DNA of 64,000 bases, taken from positions 1 through 64,000 of IMG/VR virus record IMGVR_UViG_3300046471_000128; one strand, written 5' to 3'. A program made the position numbers and the translations under genes. Origin of the DNA: a virus. The notes under the pieces were generated by a model that saw only the letters and a program-made list of their open reading frames with translations, was not told the DNA's origin and searched no databases. Positions 18,368 through 27,779 of the stretch are shown here, piece by piece (position 1 is the stretch's first letter; every line of letters starts with the position of its first letter).

Positions 18368-18532
18368 TCAGAAGCGCCAGAGCGTGAATCCCACCGCGAT
18401 TGCCAGCAACACAGAGGCGGCAGTAACCGCGCTGATTCCGATCAAGCGGACCATATGCTGTCCGTTGCGATAAGTAATATCGTTCAGCCTATCGGCTTGG
18501 TGATGCACCCGCTGCATGTATTCGTATTTCAT
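18368..18532 (-). CDS. 54-aa single-pass membrane protein (not in the ORF track)
   Basis: Hand translation MKYEYMQRVHHQADRLNDITYRNGQHMVRLIGISAVTAASVLLAIAVGFTLWRF; GAGGG RBS. Confidence 0.6.
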   Translation of the reverse strand: MKYEYMQRVHHQADRLNDITYRNGQHMVRLIGISAVTAASVLLAIAVGFTLWRF

Positions 18533-18541
18533 AGCCGTCCC

Positions 18542-19003
18542 TCAACTCGTAACGCCATGAACAATTGCTGTCAATGGCAATGTTAGCACGCACAGCGCCG
18601 CAGAAGCGCTGAACGCCGGATAGGTCAGAATCCAGGGCCACCAGAGCTTCGGCGGCGTTGCGGGAGCCGCGACTGGCGAGACTGCACCTGCTGCCGCCAC
18701 CAGCGCGGAAACGAACGCCATGAGCATCAATAGGATCGTGTAGACCAGCAGCGACGTGCCCGGATGCTTGATCGAAAACTTCAGAATTTCCACCAGTGCG
18801 GAAACGACCCAACCGACGCTCACGAACCCGAGCTGTCCGTCGCGAAACGGCGCGGTGTAGCTGATCGCCTGAGTTCCCTTTTGGATCGCTTTGAGCAGGT
18901 GCATGAGGCCCATCGCGGCCAGAGGAAAAAACGCCCCGATCAGCACATTGCTTAGAACCCATCCTCCCCAATCAATGACCTTGATCCAGGTATCGTCGTC
19001 CAA
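18542..19003 (-). CDS. Four-helix integral membrane protein
   Basis: Four hydrophobic segments in 153 aa. Confidence 0.7.
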   Translation of the reverse strand: MDDDTWIKVIDWGGWVLSNVLIGAFFPLAAMGLMHLLKAIQKGTQAISYTAPFRDGQLGFVSVGWVVSALVEILKFSIKHPGTSLLVYTILLMLMAFVSALVAAAGAVSPVAAPATPPKLWWPWILTYPAFSASAALCVLTLPLTAIVHGVTS

Positions 19004-19004
19004 A

Positions 19005-19406
19005 TCAGCGCTCCAAAGCCATGTTCAGGTCGCGCACGAAGCTCACGGCTTCCACCCGCGTGTCGATCCAAACCATGCGGTCATAGAGCGCCTGCAGATC
19101 GGCGAAGCTACGACCTAATGTGACTTCGCTGACGCTATTTTCAAGACCAAACAGCGGAGCTGCTTGCCCGCTTTCGAGATATTCCCAGAACACGTAGTCC
19201 AGGCGCAGGTGCCGTGGCTGGGCCCGGATGATGTCGCGCGCGAACTCGCTCGCGGGCGAGCGCAGCGCTTCCTTCCAACCGAGGATGGTCGTGTGATCGA
19301 GCGTGCCGTGCGTGTCGAGGGTATAAAGCACCGCTTGCTTACGGGTGTTCGATAGCGGGGCCAGCAAGGCGCGCAGGTCGCCAAGCGTGAAAATCTTGTA
19401 GGTCAT
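19005..19406 (-). CDS. Hypothetical phage protein
   Basis: ATG 19406 with a GGAGAAGAGG RBS. Confidence 0.75.
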   Translation of the reverse strand: MTYKIFTLGDLRALLAPLSNTRKQAVLYTLDTHGTLDHTTILGWKEALRSPASEFARDIIRAQPRHLRLDYVFWEYLESGQAAPLFGLENSVSEVTLGRSFADLQALYDRMVWIDTRVEAVSFVRDLNMALER

Positions 19407-19476
19407 GTGCCTCTTCTCCAATTATCCGCACATGATACGGCCCCGGTTTACCCCGTGTCGAGTGGCGATCCAACGC

Positions 19477-19502
19477 AAAAAGCCCGGCGGGCAGCCGGGC
19501 TT
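19477..19502 (-). terminator. Rho-independent terminator closing the ligase operon
   Basis: Minus strand AAGCCCGGC-loop-GCCGGGCTTTTT. Confidence 0.75.
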
Positions 19503-19519
19503 CGGTGGAGTGTGAGAGG

Positions 19520-19867
19520 TCAGTCGTGCGCGTAGTGCAGGAGCACGTTCGGGTCAATGCTCGCTTGTGGTTCGAGGTGCGCGGGCCACGCGACCGAAAG
19601 CAGCGCCCTGTCCCACCAGCGAAGCGTGAGCAGGACATCGGCCCGCTCGTTGATGACGCGGTAGGTCGGGAGCCACTGACCCATAGTGTCAAAGCGCAGC
19701 ACCGAGAACTTGCGGCTTGCGTGCGTCACCCACGAGAACGTCTTGTCGTGGCCCGCGCGCATCAGAAAGGTTTCGGGGTCGTCGCGAAGCGCGTCCGCGA
19801 TGGCCTTCACGGTGGGCTGCGCGAGCGTGAGCGCGACCAGTGCGCGCTCGATCAGTCGGAGCTTCAT
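19520..19867 (-). CDS. Hypothetical protein
   Basis: Start MKLRLIE with a TGATG overlap on the upstream gene. Confidence 0.6.
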   Translation of the reverse strand: MKLRLIERALVALTLAQPTVKAIADALRDDPETFLMRAGHDKTFSWVTHASRKFSVLRFDTMGQWLPTYRVINERADVLLTLRWWDRALLSVAWPAHLEPQASIDPNVLLHYAHD

Positions 19868-20088
19868 CACGCGGCCGTCTCCTGTTGTTTGCGATACTGC
19901 GCCGCCTGGGCGCCCTGCATGGCGAGCGTTGCGGTCATGATCCCGGAGAACGCGATGATCGACAGGAGCGGCACCTCCATGTTGTTCGCATCGATCATGC
20001 GGCACCCGCCGGCGCCGTCGAAGTTGATCTGCGAGCGCCACGGGAACGGCGACGATGCGCGGATCACGGGCAGGGTCAGGTGTTCCAT
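19867..20088 (-). CDS. Small hypothetical protein
   Basis: 73-aa ORF immediately after the ligase stop. Confidence 0.65.
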   Translation of the reverse strand: MEHLTLPVIRASSPFPWRSQINFDGAGGCRMIDANNMEVPLLSIIAFSGIMTATLAMQGAQAAQYRKQQETAA

Positions 20089-20089
20089 C

Positions 20090-21490
20090 TCAGGCTCCCT
20101 TTACCGCGGCGTCGAACTGCGCGATGACTTGCTCGAGGCTGTCCGCTTCGGTCTTGTCGGTGCGGTAGCTGGTCTCGACCATGCGCGGCAGAAACAGCGA
20201 ATGCAGCGGACTGCTGTCGCCCGGCTTCATCACGCAGTTCGCCCGCACTGCAATGATGCGACCGATGAAGTCACTGCCGTTCGCATCGACCTGATCGCGC
20301 AGTGCCTCGTTTTTCACGGTCACATCGACGCGCAGCTGGCCGCAGGCACTCTCGCAGGTGAATGCCCCAGCGCGGCCCTCGTTCTTCGTGCCCGCGCGGC
20401 CCTCGGCGATGGCGACGATCTTCAGATCGACGTCCACCTCGAGCTTCAACTTGATCTGTTCCTTGCTCGTGCCGTCCTTCCAGATCGCGGCACCGTTCTT
20501 GATGATGGTGCCCTCCTTGCCTTTCGCCAGGAGCTCGCGGTAGTGAGCCATCGTTTCCTCGAGCGACGTCACCATGCGCGTTGGGATTAGTTGGATCAAC
20601 GGCTCCCCTGTCAGCAACCGGGTGCCCGTCATCATGCCCACGAGCAGCGCCTTCAGACGCTCGCGGTAGCCGACTTCATACTTGCCCTTCGGCACGACCG
20701 CGCTGAGCGGGATTTGATCCCATGCGAAGAATCGGGGCACTTCGTTGGCTTCGAACGCGCCACCCGCTGCGACCCGGTTCAGAATGCCGTTGCTGATCTC
20801 GCGCGGGGCGACTGCGCCATCGACGTAGACGAGCATTTCGCCGTGCGTCTGCGTGCCGCCCGGGAACATGGCGCGCACATGATCGACGAACACGCCGAAC
20901 GCTTCGAGCGGGAACGGCGAGCCCTGACGGCTGGTAATGCGCACGACGCCACCCTCTTCCCGGTCGATGTTCATGAACATGCCGTCGGCCTTCTCCTGCG
21001 AGATCACACCGTCGGCCCACGTCCAGTCGTCGAGCTTTGCGTCCTTCAAGAGCGCGCAGCGCATGTAGGGGAACTCGCGGATCAGCCCCTTCCACGCCTT
21101 GTTGACCGTCGACTCGGAAAAGCCTGCCCGCAGATCCTTCCGGATGATCCGCTTGAAGAGCTCGGCCGACTGCGGCGTGAGGAAGGTCATCAGGCGTTGC
21201 ACCTCGTCGCGCGCGTCGTTGCCGGTGAGCTCGCGCTTCGCCAGCTTGTCGAGCGTCTCCCAGATCGGCGCGTTTTCGAACGTGTTGGCGCCCGGTGCTG
21301 CGCCCTCCACGCGATCGGGCACCTGCTGCATGCCGTAGGTGACGAGCGGGTCGAGCGCGGACACCAGCGTGCGCTTGAACGTCTCGAAGGCGAGGAACTG
21401 CTTCACCATCGCCTGCTTGTCATTCTTGCTCGGGGTCGCCGCGATCTTCTCGATCGCGTTGAATGCCTGGCAGGATGTCATATGAGTCAT
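20090..21490 (-). CDS. lig: ATP-dependent DNA ligase
   Basis: QEKADG (motif I), HGEM, FFAWD, EGTIIK, KLK; T4-like N-terminal domain. Confidence 0.93.
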   Translation of the reverse strand: MTHMTSCQAFNAIEKIAATPSKNDKQAMVKQFLAFETFKRTLVSALDPLVTYGMQQVPDRVEGAAPGANTFENAPIWETLDKLAKRELTGNDARDEVQRLMTFLTPQSAELFKRIIRKDLRAGFSESTVNKAWKGLIREFPYMRCALLKDAKLDDWTWADGVISQEKADGMFMNIDREEGGVVRITSRQGSPFPLEAFGVFVDHVRAMFPGGTQTHGEMLVYVDGAVAPREISNGILNRVAAGGAFEANEVPRFFAWDQIPLSAVVPKGKYEVGYRERLKALLVGMMTGTRLLTGEPLIQLIPTRMVTSLEETMAHYRELLAKGKEGTIIKNGAAIWKDGTSKEQIKLKLEVDVDLKIVAIAEGRAGTKNEGRAGAFTCESACGQLRVDVTVKNEALRDQVDANGSDFIGRIIAVRANCVMKPGDSSPLHSLFLPRMVETSYRTDKTEADSLEQVIAQFDAAVKGA

Positions 21491-21511
21491 AGGTTACTTA
21501 TCCTTGAAGAG

Positions 21512-22189
21512 TTAGGTTTGGGTTTGTGCTGCACGCAGACGACGCGCCATTTCAAGCGGCGACTCCCCTGCGCGAATCGTGATCGGGGCAACGGCCACGG
21601 GTGCGGCCACCGGCTTGCTGACCGGGGGTGGCGGCACGGGCGCGACAGCGGCCGGTGCCGGGATAACGGCCGCAGCCTGACGGTTAGTTGCATTCTGGTT
21701 CTTCTTCACGGCGGCGTTCAGCGCGGCCGCATAGATGTTGCCGTCGAAGACCGGCGCGGCGGCTTTCTTCTCGACCATCGGGCTCATCGGCCGCAGCCCT
21801 GCCTTCGGTGCGGGGATCGCCGACGCACCGGTCGCATACTTGTCGCGTCGATACGAGGACTTCGATGGGGCGACCCATGCCGACTGCTGGGCGACCACGG
21901 CGGAGCCCTTCACGCGCTCGACGAAATAGATTGCCTGACCTTTGAGCTGCTCTTCCTCGCGCATGCCCACCGCGGCACAGGTGCCCCGGCGAATCGCGGT
22001 GTGGCAATCGCCGTAGAGCGTCTGCATCGAGGCGTCGCTCTTGCGGTCGATGATGTATTGGCACATCGCATACGGCTTGGTCGACTGCAGGTCCGCGCAC
22101 TGCGTGTAATAGGCGTTGCGCTTGCCGTCTGCAGAGACGGACGGCGGCAGGATTGCTGCCGGTGCTGCGACGGTGGTTTCGGTGCTCAT
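21512..22189 (-). CDS. Hypothetical protein (4-Cys N-terminal domain, low-complexity C-terminus)
   Basis: ORF in operon context with RBS. Confidence 0.7.
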   Translation of the reverse strand: MSTETTVAAPAAILPPSVSADGKRNAYYTQCADLQSTKPYAMCQYIIDRKSDASMQTLYGDCHTAIRRGTCAAVGMREEEQLKGQAIYFVERVKGSAVVAQQSAWVAPSKSSYRRDKYATGASAIPAPKAGLRPMSPMVEKKAAAPVFDGNIYAAALNAAVKKNQNATNRQAAAVIPAPAAVAPVPPPPVSKPVAAPVAVAPITIRAGESPLEMARRLRAAQTQT

Positions 22190-22198
22190 CGCTCTCTC

Positions 22199-22675
22199 CT
22201 ACCAAGTGCCCCATTCGGGCAAGGATTCTTCAGATTTGGGTGCGGGCGGTTTCGCTTTGCCCTTGATGCTATTTTCGGGATCAACCTCTGGCGCGGGATC
22301 GGAGGTCACACCGAAGTTCGCTGAATCCAGCTTCGCTACGATCGTCGATGCCTTACCACTGCCGAACGCCGTCCGGAGCACGTCGCAAAAATCGTCGTAG
22401 CTTTTAAGCGGACACACCTCGGTGTCCCACTCCTGATAGCCACGTTTCTTTTTCTCGCGCACTTTCTTGATCGCTCCGGCCTCTGCCGTCGTCTGGGTCG
22501 TGGCGTCCTGCACGTCGATCGTCCCGCCCATGAGCACGGCATCCCGGCCCGACGTGAACGAGCCGTATTGGAAGACCACGACCACGGCGTTGTTATGCTG
22601 GATCTCCCAAACCTGATATGCCTTCGTGCCGCCCGTGTGGTGTGAAAAGCGGCGGCGGATTTGAAACCCGGCCAT
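22199..22675 (-). CDS. WGR-domain-like protein
   Basis: TKAYQVW...VVVFQYG...KKVREKKKRGY pattern. Confidence 0.6.
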   Translation of the reverse strand: MAGFQIRRRFSHHTGGTKAYQVWEIQHNNAVVVVFQYGSFTSGRDAVLMGGTIDVQDATTQTTAEAGAIKKVREKKKRGYQEWDTEVCPLKSYDDFCDVLRTAFGSGKASTIVAKLDSANFGVTSDPAPEVDPENSIKGKAKPPAPKSEESLPEWGTW

Positions 22676-22725
22676 TCGACCCTCCCAAAATTGTGCTGTT
22701 ACCTATCATTATAGTAACGCATCAC

Positions 22726-23823
22726 TTATCTATTCATCATTCTGCGTTTCATTCGAATCTCTGCCCCGGTCTTCCTGCTCAATGCAGTCGCCTGGTAGAA
22801 GGCCGCGCGCACGACTTCGGCCGGCACTTCGTTCGGATCACACCCGGGCGGCAGCATCGCGACGCGCACCCGAAAGCCGTTGGAGGCAAGCATCATCCCG
22901 GCCTCGACCGCATCGTCGGTCGCCTGAATTTCACCGTCCCACATCATGGTGATCTCCTCGACGCCGCGCTCCTTGAGGGTCATGAACTTGGCGAGCTGGC
23001 TGTTCTCGCTACCGGAGCTCAGGTGCTTGCCAAAGGTGCCCACCGGCACCACGTCGCGCAAGTCCTGGTCGCCGTCGAGCGCGATCTTGGTGGCGGCGAC
23101 GTCGAATGCGCCCTCACCCACGACGATACGTTTCGTGTCTCGGACGTTCAGCCCGTTGAACAGATGCACACCCGAGCCATCGATGCCCGGCGGGAACAGG
23201 TATTTCTTCTCGGCGGTGCCCGCGACATCGCGCCCCTGAAACGTTGCGACGCGGCCGTCCAGGTCATAGACCGGGATCAGAATGCGCCGGCCGTAGTCCT
23301 GAAACTGCCAGCCCCGCTCAGTCTGGTAGCGAAAATAGGAGCCCTTCGGGCAGTAGCCCAGATGGAAATACGCGGCCAGGTCCGAGCCGATCCCGCGGTT
23401 CTCCAGATACGGAATGTTCTGACCGTTGTGCGGCAGCTCGATGTGCTGCGGGAGCGCCCATGCAGCGGGCGTGTTCTCAACCTTGGCAGAGACGCGTCGC
23501 GCGGGTCGCCAACCCATTTCTTTCGCGAAGATGCGAATGTGTTCGACCACCGCGCCCGCGCGCGGCTTGCCGAGGTGGGCTGCGATGAACCGATATTTCG
23601 TGAAGATCCGCTCGTCGGCCGGGTGTGAGCCGCCGAAGCAGTTGCCCACGCCCGTCTCGGCGCCCATGTAGACCTTCCAGTCATGATTGCCGCACACCGG
23701 GCACTCGCGAACGTTGAGTTGCTGGCCCGACCGTCCGTGCGTCTCCCGGTAGGAGATGCCTTCGCGGTCGAGGTAAGCCGCCATGTCCACCCGATCGAGC
23801 AATTCGTTCAGATCGTCAGCCAT
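22726..23823 (-). CDS. DNA primase (Zn finger plus TOPRIM)
   Basis: ECPVCG, YLENRGI, FQGR, KYLFP, GEGAFD, MWDGE, DPNE. Confidence 0.92.
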   Translation of the reverse strand: MADDLNELLDRVDMAAYLDREGISYRETHGRSGQQLNVRECPVCGNHDWKVYMGAETGVGNCFGGSHPADERIFTKYRFIAAHLGKPRAGAVVEHIRIFAKEMGWRPARRVSAKVENTPAAWALPQHIELPHNGQNIPYLENRGIGSDLAAYFHLGYCPKGSYFRYQTERGWQFQDYGRRILIPVYDLDGRVATFQGRDVAGTAEKKYLFPPGIDGSGVHLFNGLNVRDTKRIVVGEGAFDVAATKIALDGDQDLRDVVPVGTFGKHLSSGSENSQLAKFMTLKERGVEEITMMWDGEIQATDDAVEAGMMLASNGFRVRVAMLPPGCDPNEVPAEVVRAAFYQATALSRKTGAEIRMKRRMMNR

Positions 23824-23825
23824 GC

Positions 23826-24191
23826 TCACTCGTCAAACCATGCCACCAACGGCACGCGCTTCGATGCCATCGAACCTGACACGACCTGTTTGATCCAGCT
23901 CCACGCGGCGCGACGCGCAAGACTGAAGCGACGGCTCAGACGCATCTGCAAGACGACCTCCGTGCCGTTGGCTTTGAGGCCCGCCCTCGTGTCATCGCTC
24001 AGATCCGCCCACGACACGCCATCCACGAAAACGAAGTCATAAGACCCCGCGCCGCGCAGGTATTCGGCTGTCGCCTTCGCCCCGATTGCGAAATATTCGT
24101 CGCCGTCGATACCATGACGCTTTGCAAAAGCCGACGCGTCGCGATGGCCGTGAGCGACGATTGCCAAATAACGAAAACGTTCCTTCTTCAT
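23826..24191 (-). CDS. Hypothetical protein between helicase and primase
   Basis: ATG 24191 with an AAGGAG RBS. Confidence 0.65.
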   Translation of the reverse strand: MKKERFRYLAIVAHGHRDASAFAKRHGIDGDEYFAIGAKATAEYLRGAGSYDFVFVDGVSWADLSDDTRAGLKANGTEVVLQMRLSRRFSLARRAAWSWIKQVVSGSMASKRVPLVAWFDE

Positions 24192-24201
24192 TGCTTGCTC
24201 C

Positions 24202-25590
24202 TTAAACGAATCCGAGCACACGGGTGATGAACTTCATCCGGTCCAGTGCTTGCTCGATCTCGACGGTGAATTCACCGCCTTGGTTACGGGATGCGGCGAA
24301 GTAGAGGCGAGCTCTGCCTGCCGCGCGTTCTTCATCTGTGCGGTTGATCGAGATCACGATGTCGGCGATCCGAATCTTGTTGAAGTCGTCCGCGACGTTC
24401 TCGGCCTTGATGATGTTGAGCGACGCGCCCGAGCGCTGTGCCTGGGTGGCGGAGAGCACCGCGAACCCTTCGGACTGTGCGAGCCCGCGCAGGTCCACGT
24501 AGACCGACTTCGAATTCTCGACCGCCGAATCGGTGTGGCGCTCCGGGCTCATCAGGTCGGCGTAGTCGACGATCACCAGATCGAAAATCATGCCTTGCGT
24601 CTTGTAGCGCTCGATCAGCCGACGCAGCGAGGACGCCTTGAGCGTGCCCGAGGGGAACTCCTCGATGATGAACTTGGCACCCGTGCCATCCGGGCGCTGG
24701 GCCTTCGCGACGAACTCTTTCACCTTCGCGGCGATGTCGTGCGTGTGGTGGTCCATCTCCATCATCGCTTGCTGGGCGACGTTCGCATCCATCCGGTCAG
24801 CGATCACTTCGTGGCCCACTTCGAGGGTCGCGTAGAGCACGTTGTGGCCGGCGGCCCACGCGTTCACACCGAAGCCGATCAGCGCGGTGGTCTTCCCGGC
24901 TTTGGCCGCGCCCAGCAGCACCGAGAGCTCTTTGCGGCCCCAGCCACGGTGATACAGCAGGTTGTCGAGCGGCGCGTAGCCGGTGCTGATGCCCTGCGGC
25001 GGCAGCTTGCCCGAGGCGCGGTCGAGCCGGATGCCCGTGCGCGCGGCGATCATTTCACCGTAGTCGTAGCCGCCGCCCGTTTCGTTCTTGCCCACGTTCA
25101 GCGCTTCGCGCATGACGGACTCGATGCCGTCGAAGTTCTTCTTGTCGAGGTGGTTGATCGCCTTATACATCGCGTCGTGCACCGCCTGGTGCTTGGCGAA
25201 GGTGGCGACCTGATCGACCACGAACTCGCGATCGGAAATGTCGACCTCGAAGAGCTCCTTCAGGCGCCCGATCGACGCCACTGCGAGGGTCTTCGGCAAC
25301 ACCTTGGCGTCAATGTCCTCACGGATCAGAATCGCGTAGATGCCGAGCCCCGAAGGCGCCTTCTTGTATTTTCCGTAGTAGCGCAGCGCCACGCCCACCA
25401 GATACGACTCGAGCTCCGACTCGAAGTAAGCGGTCTGGAGCAGTCCGTCGACCAACTGGTTGAACGTGGTGTCGCGCAGGGTCAGGGCGGCGATGCGGGC
25501 CTGGAACTCGCCGTCGAAGTTGAACTTTTCAACGGCGGGTTCGGTGGCGGCCGGCACGACGCTCAGGGCGGGTGCGGCGGCCGTCATCAC
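24202..25590 (-). CDS. Replicative DNA helicase (DnaB / gp41 family, SF4)
   Basis: ISTGY..LD, GAAKAGKT, TLE, IVDYADLM, SATQAQR, SRN. Confidence 0.93.
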   Translation of the reverse strand: MMTAAAPALSVVPAATEPAVEKFNFDGEFQARIAALTLRDTTFNQLVDGLLQTAYFESELESYLVGVALRYYGKYKKAPSGLGIYAILIREDIDAKVLPKTLAVASIGRLKELFEVDISDREFVVDQVATFAKHQAVHDAMYKAINHLDKKNFDGIESVMREALNVGKNETGGGYDYGEMIAARTGIRLDRASGKLPPQGISTGYAPLDNLLYHRGWGRKELSVLLGAAKAGKTTALIGFGVNAWAAGHNVLYATLEVGHEVIADRMDANVAQQAMMEMDHHTHDIAAKVKEFVAKAQRPDGTGAKFIIEEFPSGTLKASSLRRLIERYKTQGMIFDLVIVDYADLMSPERHTDSAVENSKSVYVDLRGLAQSEGFAVLSATQAQRSGASLNIIKAENVADDFNKIRIADIVISINRTDEERAAGRARLYFAASRNQGGEFTVEIEQALDRMKFITRVLGFV

Positions 25591-26042
25591 TGCACCGTCG
25601 AGGTTGAAAGGCGCTTGAGCTCGGCGAAGCCTTCGTCGTCACGGGTCGTGTCAGTGATGTCGCGACGGACCTGCTCGCCCCAGAACTGCTCGATGGCGCT
25701 CTTGTAGAACACCCGCAGGATGGTTCCTTCGCGCGTCGGGTCCGGGTGCTTCGTCTTGAGCGTGATCGTGAACTTGTCGCGGCCGGTGATGACGCCTTCG
25801 AACACGTCGCCACCGCCCGAGGTGATGATCGTCACGCGCTGACCGTTCTGCTGCATCGCCTTGAGAATCACGTCATGCCCGCCCGTGTTCGGGCGCTGCG
25901 GCGTCACGGTGCGGTTCGTCGTATAGGAGCGCTCTTGCGGGCGCACGGCGGTTGACGGGCGGTCGCTGTATTCCTGGCTGGTGCGCAGGGTGCGGCGACC
26001 AAAGGCGAGTTGTTCTTGGCGGGCTTGTTCGGGGGTAGTCAC
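25587..26042 (-). CDS. Hfq-like (Sm/LSm fold) protein
   Basis: HDVILKAMQQNGQRVTI...G.VFEGVITGRDKFTITL...VFYKSAI parallels Hfq Sm1/Sm2 (YKHAI). Confidence 0.75.
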   Translation of the reverse strand: MTTPEQARQEQLAFGRRTLRTSQEYSDRPSTAVRPQERSYTTNRTVTPQRPNTGGHDVILKAMQQNGQRVTIITSGGGDVFEGVITGRDKFTITLKTKHPDPTREGTILRVFYKSAIEQFWGEQVRRDITDTTRDDEGFAELKRLSTSTVQ

Positions 26043-26113
26043 AGGTAAATCTCCGGGTTGAATTGAGGTGCTACAAACTGCATGTTACCAATTATAGTAA
26101 TGGCTGACTTATC

Positions 26114-26803
26114 TTAACGAATCACGAAACGCTTTGCCTGAGCAACGACCGCCGGGCCGAACGCCTCAGTGGCGATTGCGTCATCCAGGACATCCTCTTG
26201 CAGCAGGCGGGCGAGCAGCATCGCGCGGTTGCCACCACGGGTCTTGACCTGCTCGATCTGCCAGCGGCGATAGGCAATCTGGTCGGGGTGTTTCTGGTCG
26301 TTTTGGATCCGGAACCGGTCATGCTTCGCCAGCTGGGTGACGCTCTTGCACTGGTTGAGCCAGGCATCGCGCACGTCGAGCACGATCTCTTCTGCGTAAA
26401 GTTGGTTCGGACGCGGGAACACGCCCCAGCCGCGCTCACAGAATCGCTTCATGATGAAGTCCAGCGCGAACTCGTAGCGGCACCCGATCGCATCGAACGC
26501 TTGCCGGGCCCGCCACATCGCGGTCAGCTCTCGGGAGTCGAATAACCGCTCGACGTCAAAGCCTTTCGTCTTGTCGAGCGTGCGGGTGTCTTTCTGGCGA
26601 GCGTATTCGCGGTGCAGCGACAGCCGGTATTCATCAGCGAACAGGTAGGTGGCTTGCACCGGATGCAGATGCCTCGTGTCGAACCACTTGCGGGTAAAAA
26701 GCAGCGACTCGGCTACCCGCAGCGTAGGCGTGACGCGGGAGAGCGCCAGCATCTCGCAGTCCGCGACCGTCAGTTCACTGCCGTAAAAGGTGGGTTGGAT
26801 CAC
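26114..26803 (-). CDS. Hypothetical protein (replication block)
   Basis: 229-aa ORF; KWFD.R.LHP and PRPNQLY motifs; function unknown. Confidence 0.75.
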   Translation of the reverse strand: MIQPTFYGSELTVADCEMLALSRVTPTLRVAESLLFTRKWFDTRHLHPVQATYLFADEYRLSLHREYARQKDTRTLDKTKGFDVERLFDSRELTAMWRARQAFDAIGCRYEFALDFIMKRFCERGWGVFPRPNQLYAEEIVLDVRDAWLNQCKSVTQLAKHDRFRIQNDQKHPDQIAYRRWQIEQVKTRGGNRAMLLARLLQEDVLDDAIATEAFGPAVVAQAKRFVIR

Positions 26804-26935
26804 TTGGGGCTTTCCTCACATTCCCTAATTAGAAATAAGCTTACCCTTACCATTATAGTAAGAAGTTAAAAAGGTTTAGATATAGAGGGAAGTGGTTCCG
26901 AGCCCCAAGTGTTCCACTTCCCCTCTTCCTCTACA

Positions 26936-27691
26936 TCACGCGGTCCGGGGAAGTTCCGGCTCAACAGGCTTCGAATAGCTCTGAAGAATCTCCTGAATGA
27001 CACCGTGGCGCACCACGTCAGCCTGCGCGAAGCGCACATGACCCACGGTGGGAATCCAGGTCACACGCTCGACCGCGTCGGCGAGGCCCGACTTTCCGCG
27101 AATGTCCACCTGCTCGGTGTCGCCGTTGATGATGAGCCGGGAGCCTTCACCGATGCGGGTGAGGAACATCTTCATCTGCTCGGGCGTGGTGTTCTGTGCT
27201 TCGTCGAGTATGACGATCGCATTGCGGAAAGTGCGCCCGCGCATGTAGGCAAGCGGTGCGCCTTCGATGTTGCCCATGCGGACGTGATACTCGTAGGCGC
27301 CGGTGCCGAGGCGCTCGATGAGCACCTCCTTGAACGGCACGAGGTAGTGGGCGAACTTCTCCTCCATCTCGCCAGGCAGAAAGCCGAGGCTCTCGCCGGC
27401 TTCGACCGCGGGCCGCGTCACGATGATCTTCTCGATCTGCTTCTCGCGCAGCGCATCAGCAGCAAGGGACGCGCAGACCCACGTCTTACCCGTTCCTGCC
27501 GGGCCCGTTGCAAAGGTGATGACCTTGCCCTTGATGGACGCGATGTAGCGGCTCTGCGCGTCGGTGCGCGCTTTGACCGGCTCATAGCACGGTCGCACCA
27601 CCTTCCCCTGTGCCTCGTAGTCGTTGACGGGCATGTCGCCCCGTTGCTTCGTGTCGCGCGCGGCGGCGCGCTTGGTCTGCTGCTTTGCCAT
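26936..27691 (-). CDS. phoH: PhoH-family ATPase
   Basis: GPAGTGKT, TRPAVEAGESLGFLPG, AYMRGRT, ILDEAQN, GD..QVD. Confidence 0.96.
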   Translation of the reverse strand: MAKQQTKRAAARDTKQRGDMPVNDYEAQGKVVRPCYEPVKARTDAQSRYIASIKGKVITFATGPAGTGKTWVCASLAADALREKQIEKIIVTRPAVEAGESLGFLPGEMEEKFAHYLVPFKEVLIERLGTGAYEYHVRMGNIEGAPLAYMRGRTFRNAIVILDEAQNTTPEQMKMFLTRIGEGSRLIINGDTEQVDIRGKSGLADAVERVTWIPTVGHVRFAQADVVRHGVIQEILQSYSKPVEPELPRTA

Positions 27692-27747
27692 CTGTTGAAG
27701 TCCTGATAGAGCCGAAGGGGTGATTCAACTCTATCAGGATCGGCGCG

Positions 27748-27767
27748 ATAAGTCATCGCTGACTTAT
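27748..27767. promoter_or_regulatory. Consensus copy of the dispersed 20-bp operator/promoter motif
   Basis: ATAAGTCA-TCGC-TGACTTAT upstream of phoH; see findings for other copies. Confidence 0.8.
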
Positions 27768-27779
27768 TACTATTTCGCC

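Noticed and set aside
159-25590. Inteins or introns in RecA, DnaE or the helicase
   Set aside because: Core motifs are contiguous, lengths are normal and no splicing motifs are evident.
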